Part shown: positions 1-11,446 of the stretch, piece by piece | How the letters are laid out: every line of letters starts with the position of its first letter | Numbering within the stretch: the first letter of the stretch is position 1 | Source of the DNA: Octopus sinensis | Lineage: Eukaryota | Assembly (NCBI RefSeq): GCF_006345805.1 | Contig: NC_042998.1 | Coordinates: forward strand, 95,046,001 to 95,110,000 | DNA: 64,000 nt | Reading direction: 5' to 3' | Program-made: the position numbers and the translations under genes | The notes under the pieces: model-generated | What the model saw: only the letters and a program-made list of their open reading frames with translations | What the model was told of the DNA's origin: nothing | The model's database searches: none

Positions 1-2624
1 CGTTCAGAGACGTTTAGTGTATATATATACATATATATATATATATTTGAATGAAAATATACGTTCATTGTACTCTGAGGTATCTGTCACTTATTTCTAA
101 CCTGAAGTACTTCATTCATGATGTTATTCCCATTTTCTATCATCAACTATCAGTAACTTTATAATAAATAATTTGTGGACTTATTCTTCTTCCTTACATA
201 TAGATTCAAAATAAATAATAAAAAATATATTTTTTACACAGAAATTAGTAAAAAATGTGTATGTTAAGAGGTTAATACAATTCTCAGACGGAACCAGTGT
301 AACACAGAAAGTGACTAGACTGTATCTTTGAATTACAGGTGCAGTCCTTCCAGTGGGCTTTTATGCAGTTTCCATTGTCCCACACTCACTCACAGAGTAT
401 GAGCTGACCTAAGGCTATAAAGAATGGTATCTGCTACACAGCAGGATCAAATCTTGGCATTTCTGGTTGAAAAGCAAGGTCTTAATCATTTGGCTGTGTG
501 TGTGTATTGGAGGGGAGGGGTCTCTTTGTTTCTTTGCATTGACAGTTTGAACCTCAGCAAGATTTCTTTATATTCTCCATGCACAAAATGCCTCACTCAG
601 CAGTTCAGTGTGCAACAATCATCAGAATAAGTATTTTATCTGGTTACACAAGCACTCTCAAGTGGTTGGCATTAGGAAGGGCATCCAACCAGAGAAACCA
701 TGCCAAAGCAGAAACTATCAAAACTTGCAAGCCATGCCAACAGGAATGTGGACACTAAAATGATGATGCGGATAATGGTGATGATGATGATAACAGGAAT
801 GTGGACACTAAAATGATAATGATGATGGTGATGATGTCGAACGGCATCTGGCAACAGAATACTGCCTCAAAAAGTCTTGTCTAACCCATGCCAGCATAGA
901 AAAAGCAGGAATATGTGATACATATGCATAAGCACTCAGGTGTATGTAAGTATTGTCATCATCATTCAACGTCCGTTTTCCATGTTGGCATGTGTGCATG
1001 TGTATAAAAAATGGTTTCAAATTTTGGTACAAGACCAGGAATTGTAAAATAAGGATGAAGTCGATTACATTGACCCCAGTGTTCAACTGATACTTATTTT
1101 ATTGACCCTGAAAAGTTAAAAGGCAAAGTCAACCTTAGTGGAATTTGAACTCCATGCCTGCAGAGAAGACAGCCCTTTACATTCATCATCAGATGATGAA
1201 TGTAATGATGAATGTAAAGATGTAAGCAGAAATGCTGCTGAGTATTTTGTCCAACATGCAAACGCTTCTGTCAGCTCACCACTTTTATGTATGTAAATAA
1301 TGAGCTTCCAAGTAATTTTTAACAACCAGTATAATATATTGAATAATTCAAAGCTACAATAGAAGACATTTTTTTGAGGTGTTGTGCCACAGGATCGAAC
1401 CCAGAGCTACATGTTTGCAAAGTGAAATTCTAAACTACATAGTGATATGTCTCAGCAGAGGTACTGAATTCCAACAATACTTTATCAAAGTATTGTTGGA
1501 ATTCAGTACCTCTCATTATTTCACCATTATTTTGAACGCATTTACATTTGAATGCATTACAGCTGCAGTTATCCTTCCATAAGGAAGGGAGAGCATCTCA
1601 GATAATAATCGGTGATAAACCTTAAGAATAGTTTTAATAAAAAATCTTTATATAACTCAACTGTACCTTTTATACAGAACTGTTAGAGTGTTAAAATTCT
1701 TATAGATATGCAAGAAATATTCTTGAATTTTGAATTAAATCAATAATTGTTGATTTACAAAGAAGTTATTTCCCTTAGATTTTGTTCCCTCTTCCTGCTT
1801 AATACTTTAATAGGATTGTTAATGGAATTATTATATTATCACTCCATTTAAGACTGATTAAAGTATTAATTATCATTTAAAAGAGAACAGTAACAACAAC
1901 AATAATCTCCTACCCCTGTCCCCTGCAATACTAAACTAAGATGTAGACTAGTTATGTACTGGTATCAATTTATAAGTCAATAATTGTTTGTATTTTGGCA
2001 CAAGGCCTGCAATTTTAGGGGGAAAGGGTTTGTCAGTTTCATTGACTCCAGGACTTGACTTGTACCTTATTTTACCAGCCTTGATGGAATTTGAACTCAG
2101 AACATAAAGCCAGTAGAAATGCCACTAGGCATTTTGTCAGGTGTGCTAATGGTTCTGTCAGCTCACCACCTTAATTTATGCATCAAAAAATGCACTCTTG
2201 TTGCAAACGGAAACACAATACAAGATCAGACCATAGCATGTTTGTTTTTGCGCATAAGTGTATGCACACTTAGAAAATTTTCAACAACCAGATGTGTTGT
2301 ACACCTTACTAAACCAGTTAAACCCTTTTGTTACCAGATTTCTGTTGAAATACATAACTTTGGTTCAATTAATTTTGAAAATAATGAGGAATTTATCAAG
2401 ATAACTTTGTCATTATTAAGCTGATGTTCAGAACATGAATTATCATGGAATTTTGATGGAAGATTTTTATACTGATCCCTTTAAAACAAAATGCTTGCCT
2501 CATAGAACCAAAGATGGTCTCAGATTGGTTGGTATCAAAAAGATTCAACAAAATGTCAGCCATGTTAACTTATTTAGCATTTCATGCTTGACTTCTGCCT
2601 TTTATTTAGTAACTGCTTTGTCAG

Positions 2625-2793
2625 ACGTGGTTCTCAACCTTAATATCTGGCTTAGACCCAAAACCTGGATCTTTTAAGGGGTCAGCTCCAAAAAAAGTGA
2701 AACACAGGTCAATTAAAGAAAGATTTATATTTATACAGGGATGACCATCAAAAGCTGCCAAAAGAATGTTTGAGCCACGGTTGAGAACCACTG
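2625..2793. mobile_element. Short hAT-like MITE
   Basis: Termini gtggttctcaacc / ggttgagaaccactg. Confidence 0.55.
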
Positions 2794-4762
2794 TTTTAGC
2801 ATTATCTAAAGTAACAGTAAACATTAAAGAAAATTACTAGGTAATTATTTTGCTGATATTTTGCTAGTAAGGCAGGATGATAGAAATCAGAGAGAATTAA
2901 GACATGTGATGGAATGTTACAAACTAAAGTCCTGTAACTAATAAGTTTGCTGGAGTGCGATTGTTTAAACAGAAGTATGTTATAGGCCCTCACTATACCT
3001 TTCCTAGTTATTTCCTCCCCTATCACTCATTATTCACATCCTTCACTTATCATCACCCATCTTCATTACTATCCACACTATCTTTCATAAGTGACTTCAC
3101 TCTTTTCCATTATTCAATTTCCAGCAGCTCCTCTTCTATCACCTTTTCCCTTATCTTGTTTCTATTCAAGCTCCTTGCCAACAACTGCCATGTAGTTAAC
3201 TATCACCTATTTTCTTCTATTAACTGCTTGCTTTGTTCTCTTTCTTCATTATTTTTCTGTCTGCCAAAGATGAAACATCCTTCTGGTATTAGCAAAAACA
3301 AAAAAAAATGAAAGGAAATAACACAGAGAGGAATCTTTAGTCTTGCCAGACACAAGACAACCTATTTTTTGTTGGTACCATGTTAAAATACATTAAACAC
3401 ACTGTACAAATTGGTTAATGATAGGAAAGACAATGGGCCACAGAAACCATTGGAGTATACAGATGAGACACACTCCCTGACCTGTCTAGCAGTGTCTAAT
3501 GAGGAATTACCAGCATGGAAAAGTGAAGGCAAGATGATGAAGATTCTTCAAAATAGTTAGATGAATTACAACAGATTTGATAACAGTATGACTGCCAATA
3601 CACACACATACATTCTATAACAAAGTGCAATAGAATCTAGAGATGATAACTTAATTCACCTTCCCAATCCATTCTAATCTTCAAACTGACAAATATTAAG
3701 CCTGTTCCATTTAGATATTTAATATTAATATTTATTTCTGTGCAATCTATGATGTTGTAAAAAATTCCAGTATACACTCCTACACTTCATTTTGCCAAGA
3801 TTTCTATGGCTGGATGCCATTCCTATTGTCAACTACATCGAGTATCGGGCGCATTTTATTGTGGCACCAGCAATAGAGAATTTGCCTTGTCCTGGTCAGA
3901 CTAAAGAGTCTTCCCTTCTATATTTCAATGTAAAACAATAACAAGGTATATCTCTTGTATATGTTTGCAATTCATACATCATGGAATATTCATACACCTC
4001 TCTATAACAATATCATAAGCGGAAGGAAATGCAGGAAAGCTGGGTAGAGGTAGCATGAAACTAGTTAAATCCAATGAAAGAGGCTTTGTGGTAGTGACAG
4101 AAAAAGCAGAGCTTGGAAACAGTACACCTGTGGGCCAAACTGTCAGAGTAGGTTGTTGATCTATATATTTACAACATTACTTTGGTAAATGTCTACAATG
4201 ATTCTCTGTTTATGCAGTATAGTAATTACATATAACAGTGTTATGATATAACATACTATGATATATCTGTATGGTCTATATAATAACAGATCAGCAATGC
4301 AATACAACCTCTGACCATTTTTTACTTTCACTGCCTCTACTAAATTAGCCTCTCTTTGAAGCTGGTTGGTTTATGCCACCTCTACTCAGGCACTTCCAAC
4401 CCATTAATCTCTCCTCATTTTGTCACTTATATTGGACTAATTCCCAGGCCTTTTCCTAGTCCTTCTTTCTAAGAATGTTGCCCCACTGAAATTCTTTCCT
4501 TCAATATATCATTTTCCTGAAGTTGTCAATTTGCAAGCGGTTCATTAGAAATGTTAACTGCATTACACCCACCAGACTCAGTGGGTCTGCAGACCATCAC
4601 ACAGCTACTTCTTTCAGACCAAACCATGAAAAAAAATAGAAGAAAATAGCACAATATCTGTACAATACTACAGTACAGATTGTACATGTTACATCTATGC
4701 AATCCATATAATATTATGATACTTGCATAGACCACATAGTACCAAGATATTCTCTTTTTTTT

Positions 4763-5155
4763 TCTCTTTTACTTGTTTCAGTCATTTGACTGCGGCCATG
4801 CTGGAGCACCGCCTTTAATCGAGCAACTCGACCCCGGGAATTATTCTTTTTGTAAGCCCAGTACTTATTCTATCGGTCTCTTTTGCCGAACCGCTAAGTG
4901 ACGGGGACGTAAACACACCAGCATCGGTTGTCAAGCAATGCTAGAGGGACAAACACAGACACACAAACACACACATACATATATATACATATACATATAT
5001 ACGACAGGCTTCTTTCAGTTTCCGTCTACCAAATCCACTCACAAGGCATTGGTCGGCCCGGGGCTATAGTAGAAGACACTTGCCCAAGGTGCCACGCAGT
5101 GGGACTGAACCCGGAACCATGTGGTTGGTAAACAAGCTACTTACCACACAGCCAC
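4763..5155 (-). mobile_element. tRNA-derived SINE, abundant family 1; other copies at 8405-8792 (+), 9293-9900 (-), 15388-15830 (-), 53231-53638 (-), 56327-56730 (-), 59003-59395 (+), partials near 20.3, 22.9, 33.8 and 53.0 kb
   Basis: tRNA-like head, CORE-like gcaccttgggcaagtgtctt, internal (TA/CA)n, tail ctccagcatggccgcagtcaaatgactgaaacaagtaaaagag. Confidence 0.85.
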
Positions 5156-5629
5156 ACCATATATATATGTATATTGTCATCATCATTATCGTTTAACATC
5201 CGCTTTCCATGCTGGCATGGGGTGGATGGTTTGACTGAGGACTGGCAAGCCTACAGCTGGATGCCCTTCCTAACGCCAACCATTTCGAGAGTGTAGTGGG
5301 TGCTTTTTGTAAAGACATGTGACTAAGTTATTAGGGTGTTGCACTCATGATCTCAAGCTCATAATTTCAATTCCCAGATTGGCAATGCATTGTGTTCTTG
5401 AGCAAAACACTTCATTTTATGTTGTTCCAGTCCACTCAGCTGTAAATGGACAACCCTGCAGTGGACTGTCATTCTGTTGGGAATGTTAGCCTGACCACCT
5501 AACAAGCAGGATGGTATCATTTGGAAAGTTACAACAATGCAAGGAAGTGTATTGTGTCCAGCAGAGTATAAAATCTGACAGTTTGGTCCATACAGCGATA
5601 TTTATATATATCCAGGACCCCTGGACTGA

Positions 5630-6022
5630 AGATACGTAAAAAGCACTATCCGAATCGTGGCCGATGCCAGCGCCGCCTCGACTGGCTTCCGTGCCGGTGG
5701 CACGTAAAAAGCACCATCCGAATCGTGGCCGAAGCCAGTGACGCCTCGACTGGCTTCCGTGCAGGTGGCACGTAAAATGCACCAATCCGACCGTGGCCGA
5801 TGCCAGCCTCGCCTGGCACCAGTGCAGGTGGCACGTAAAAAGCACCCACTACACTCACGGAGTGGTTGGCGTTAGGAAGGGCATCCAGCTGTAGAAACAT
5901 TGCCAGATAAGACTGGAGCCTGGTGCAGCGTTCTGGCTTCCCAGATCCCCAGTCGAACCGTCCAACCCATGCTAGCATGGAGAACAGACGTTAAACGATG
6001 ATGATGATGATGATGATGATGA
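5630..6022 (+). repeat. RTE-3'UTR-type repeat with a 64-68-bp internal tandem unit; related copies at about 650-965, 5175-5310 (-), 7905-8246, 10290-10535, 12290-12520, 24033-24872, 25400-25742
   Basis: Shared tail gagtggttggcgttaggaagggcatccagc...aacccatgctagcatgg...gttaaa(cga/tga)n. Confidence 0.85.
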
Positions 6023-6050
6023 TATATATACACTTTATTAAAATATCACA

Positions 6051-6096
6051 AAAACTGTTACTCAGAGTTTCACATTCCCATTCGTCAGACAGTTTT
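6051..6096 (-). ncRNA. Minimal type I hammerhead ribozyme motif (type A), sense to LETMD1
   Basis: Minus strand reads AAAACTGT-CTGACGA-ATG GGAA TGT-GAAA-CTC T GAG-TA-ACAGTTTT. It has an 8-bp stem I, an intact core and a GUA triplet, and is followed by AATAAA and (TA)n. Confidence 0.75.
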
Positions 6097-6411
6097 GTTT
6101 AGAATGGAGCAAGATAAAGTAATATGCAGAAATACAATTACTTTGATAGATACACAGTTCCCTTATTTTTATATTTCAATATTAGCTGCACCAGACAGCC
6201 CCTCAAAATGTTTGTGAATATATGTTATGATGTGTGTGTGTACATATATATATTTATATATATAACATAGCTAGCTATACTATATACACAGCAATACAAT
6301 ATTATATATGCACAGTCTCTGAAAAAGATTCTACAGCATAAATCAACAATTACAGTACAGCATATAATACATTTGAAACAAGTACAGCAACAATATCATA
6401 TGTTGACTTAC

Positions 6412-6508
6412 CGTCAACTTCTTTGCTGATTTCTAACCATTGACAAAGATGACTTAATTGTTCTTTATGAGGGACACCTACTGGATTTAAAAACCGATCA
6501 TAGCATGC
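6412..6508 (-). CDS. LETMD1: LETMD1 exon 8
   Basis: tttccag/GTAAGT bounded; [32 protein letters not shown], ends in phase 1. Confidence 0.9.
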
Positions 6509-9500
6509 CTGGAAATAGAAGACAAAATCAGGTTAGCTTCAGTATAACATTGTAAGAAGAGCTAATCAAAATTAACAAGATAAGAAGATATTGACAATAA
6601 AACAATGAAGTATTGTAGCAATGTTAGAATATAATCTATGTGCAGGATGATCTAAAGAAGAAATGCTTTGTGCATAGTCTATATTGGTAGACTTGCTGTG
6701 GAAGAATTACATTTTCATCTCAATATAATTAATTGTGAGCAAGTCTCATATGACATTTTTGTCATGGAGTAAAATGAAATCTATGGTCCAATACAGTTTA
6801 AAAAGCCCAAGTGACTGGAGATACTTATGAATATTATTCTAGAATGCTTTCATCATATTACCATAGAAATTTCTAACTGCAGCTGCAAAAACATTGCTTC
6901 AGATTCCAATAGCTGAATGTAAGAAGGTTTTTAACCCTTTTTATGCCATCTGTCATGAATTTGTCTTGATTTCATAAAAAATCTTCTGGTTTTAGTGGTC
7001 TAAATCAAAATTTCATGATAAATGTTCCAAACATCACTTTGATAATGACAGTTATTTTACTAAATTCTTCATGATTCTAAAATTTAATTGAATCAGTGTA
7101 TTTCAATAGAAATATGGTAACAAAAGGGTTAAACAGCATGGATTCTAAAGTCATATATGGAAATGTTCAACATCATTTTTCATACTGCTTTAATAACAAC
7201 GCTATGAGGTCTTATAGGCTGAAAAAAGTGTGTACTGTCTTATGAAAAGTGACACTACATGACAGATCCAGTAGCTGTAATAAGCAGTTGGACAGACACT
7301 AGCTTCATTGCAGGCTCTGTGTATCTTACACTGCTTATAGCTGACTCAAGCAAAATAGGCTGGGTTTAAAATATGAGTTAAAAGTTTATTAATTAGACTC
7401 TTTACATTCTTTCCTACTAATCTATCATGGTATATGAATCTGATGCACTTAACTGTGGTGAAGAGGATGATGACGATGACAAGGGGGAGAGGGGGAGGAA
7501 GACGGGAAGAGAGAGGGGGAAGAGTGGAAATGACAGTTTAACATAAATTAGTACTAACCTTGGCCAAATCTTGGGATGAAAGATTCTCAATACCTTCTCG
7601 ACCCATAGCTAGGTCTATATAATGTAATAAAAGAGTATCGTCCACAAGTTTTGACCGGCGCATCGAAAGTCCATTGCACATAGCTAGTTGTCTCTGGAAA
7701 GTAAGAGAATCATTAAAGTGAGAACAGAAGGGTGAAAGAAATTGAACTGCTAAAGGTAATAAAATAAATAAATAAATAAATAAAACAAAAAAAAACAAAA
7801 CAATGTGGATTAACCTTAAGTGTAAATTCTTGTTCCAAAGATAACTCTCAAAAGTCAAAACATATTAGTTTTAGCTCAGACCACATTAGAACTATCATAT
7901 GGAAGTTGTAGTTGTGATACCCATGCCGGTGGCATGTAAAAAGCACCATCCAAACGTGGCTGATGCCAGCACTGCTTTGGCTGGCTTCCATGCTGGTGGC
8001 ATGTAATGAGCACCAACCGATTGTGGCAGTTACCAGCCTCCTCTGGCCCCTGTGCCAGTGGCACGTAAAAAGCACCCACTACACTCACGGAGTGGGTTGG
8101 CGTTAGGAAGGGCATCCAGCTGTAGAAACACTGCCAGATCAGATTGGAGTCTGGTGCAGCCTCCTGGTTTTCCAAACCCCAGTCGAACCATCCAACCCAT
8201 GCTAGCATGGAAAACGGATGTTAAACAATGATGATGATGATGATGAGGTATAACTTCCACATTTACAATCACAATGCATTCACCTTTTATGAAAACCTGA
8301 AAATAAATTTCGACATTCTAGCTGTGCACATCATTGCACATATCATCCAGTAACTCATTGATCTCATTGGGCTTGAATTGAGAAAATGATATGCACTTAT
8401 AATGTAGGTGTAGGTACGGCTGTTTGGTAAGAAGTTTGCTTACCAACCACATGGTTTTGGGTTCAGTTCCATTGCATGGCACCTTGGGCAAGTATCTTCT
8501 TCTATAGCCTCAGGCCAACCAAAGCCTTCTGAGTGGATTTGATAGATGGAAACTGAAAGAAGCCCATTGTATATATGTGTGTGTGTGTGTTTGTGGGTCT
8601 GTGTTTGTCCCACCAACATTGCCTGACAACCGATGCTGGTGTGTTTACATCCTTGTAACTTAGTGGTTCGGCAAAAGAGACCAATAGAATAAGTACTAGG
8701 CTTACAAAGAATAAGTCCTGGGGTCAGTTTGCTTAACTAAAAGCGGTGCTCCAGCATGGCTGCAGTCAAATGGCTGAAACAAGTAAAAGAATAATAAACT
8801 GCGTCTGTAGTAACAGGAAAAGTATCATTGTACCATGGCCACCACATCTGACATGAACCATCATAATTACCATTTGATCATTCACTTTTCCAAGCTTGCA
8901 TGGGTCAGATAAAGTTTACTGAGGCAAATTTCTCTATGGCCAAATGCTCTCCCTGCCACCAACCCTTACCTGTTTCCAAGCAAGGTAATATTATCCTAAG
9001 GCCAGAGATGCTTTTGTAGGATATTGAAAATGATTTGTACTCATTTACAACAAGCGCACAATGCCTAGACAAGAAAACGCAAACATACACCCACCATTGT
9101 CATAATTTAATGTGGTTTCCAGGTTGGCATGGGTTGAATGGCTTGACAGGAGCTGGTCAGGTTCCACTGTCTGTTTTAGCATAGTTTCCCTGGATGCCTT
9201 TCCTAATGCCAACTATTTTACAGAGTGTACTAGGTACTTCTCTTGTGAAACCAGCACCAGTACATTTTATGAGGCACCAATGCCCAAATGTTATACTCTT
9301 TTACTTGTTTCAGTCATTTGACTGTGGCCATGCTGGAGCACTGCCTTTAGTCGAGCAAATCGACCCCAGGACTTATTCTTTGTAAGCCTAGTACTTATTC
9401 TATCAATCTTTTAGGCTGAACTGCTAAGTTATGGGAACGTAAACACACCAGCATTGGTTGTCAAGCGATGTTGGGGGACAAACACAGACACACAAACATA

Positions 9501-9925
9501 TACACACACATGTGACCACGTGTGTACCATTGGCGATTTTTTTTTCCTCTGTCTTCCCTTCTCTGGATCTTTTCTTTTCCTATGTTTCCGACAAAGAGCT
9601 CCACTCGAAACGTTAAACCCTCCTTCGTCCCTTCCTTCCTGAGCGTCCAATAATACTATATTTGTTCCATGTCCTTGCGTTATTGTGTTTTCTCTTTGTG
9701 TTTTCATGTTTGGATTAACTATATATATATATACATATATACGACGGGCTTCTTTCAGTTTCCGTCTACTAAATCCACTCTCAAGGCTTTGGTTGGCCCG
9801 AGGCTGTAGTAGAAGACACTTACCCAAGGTGCCACGCAATGGGACTGAACCCGGAACTATGTGGTTCATAAGCAAGCTACTTACCACACAGCCACTCCTA
9901 CACCATATATATACATATATATATA

Positions 9926-9957
<32 letters not shown>

Positions 9958-11403
9958 GGAACTCGGTGGTGAAGCATGATCTTCAAACTGAACTTCACAA
10001 AGGCAATGACTAGTGGCCAAGACCTTTGGCGATGTGCTGCACTTGAGAGGACCCCTCAAGCCAAGTGCACTTGTGCTGGTGGCATGTAAAGAACACCTTT
10101 GGAGTGTTGGGCCTTATAGAGGCAAAGTGGTTGAGTTCTTTACAAGCGTTGGGCCACATGGAGGCAAAGTGGATGAGTTCCTTTCCAGTGTTGGGTCTCA
10201 TAGAGGAAATGACCAAGACCTTTGGCATTATGTCATGCTTGAGAAGACCCATCAAGCTGAGCACAATTGCAGTCATGGAAGATACCGATGTCACGCAATT
10301 GGCACCCATGCTGGTGGCACATAAAAGCACCCCAGTGTCACACAAATGGCACCCGTGCTGGTGGAACGTAAATGCACTCATTACACCCCCAGAGTGGTTG
10401 ATATTAGGAAGGGCATCCAGCCATAGAAAACTATGCCAAATCAGACTAGAGTCTGGTGCAGCCTTCCAGTGTGCCAGCTTGTCGAACTGTCCAACTCATG
10501 CCAGCATGGACAACGGACGTTAAATGATGATGATATATATATATATCTTTCTGGACATCACGATTTCAAACTTGCAATGCAAAAGTCTTCTTGTGCAAGA
10601 AGCGATACTCTGTAATAGAGTAACCTCCCTTGAAAATTTTAACTATAACTTGCTGAATATTAAATTTTGTGCTTGAGTATGAAATAAAAGGAGTAAGAAC
10701 GAATGGATAGTGGAAATTAGTGCACCTAAGCGAAATGACACTTTCTGAATATAATCAGATTATCAGAAAGTGATGTGTTTATCATTTTTATGATGCACAC
10801 AATAATACCCAACTATTTTGAAAATGAATTTTCCTTTTTATTTTCCCAAAATTTGACTGACAAGAAATTATGGCAACAAAGGAAATGTGAAAAAAATTCA
10901 AATTTCCCAAAATAAATTGCAATACTTAAAAAAAAAAAGTACTTACTAAATAAGCAATGGAAATTTTGTTTATGTGACATGGGTAATCTTCGAAAAGTGG
11001 TTTTAAGGTTAAGATTTCATCTACAGTAAGTTGATGTGTTTGTTTCAGCTGTAAAGGAAAAGAGGACAAATAATAACACAAATATACTGGACTTTTTTAA
11101 TTACTCATCTAAATAATGATTATATTCATTATTGAAAACATATTACAATAGTAAATGTTTATTAGCTGTAATGACTAATAAATTTAGACAGGTAACTACA
11201 ACACTAAACACATCAGCAAAATTGGAAATTTAGTTATTCCAGTTGATAACTGATTTTGTATATGTTTAATGTGGCTGAAGTCAACAGTTGTCCTCATCTT
11301 GTTTGTTGTTAACACAACGTTTTGGCTGATATACCCTCCAGCCTTCATCAGGTGTCTTGGGGAAATTTCGAACCTGGGTTCTCATTCCTAAGATATTTTT
11401 CAA

Positions 11404-11446
<43 letters not shown>

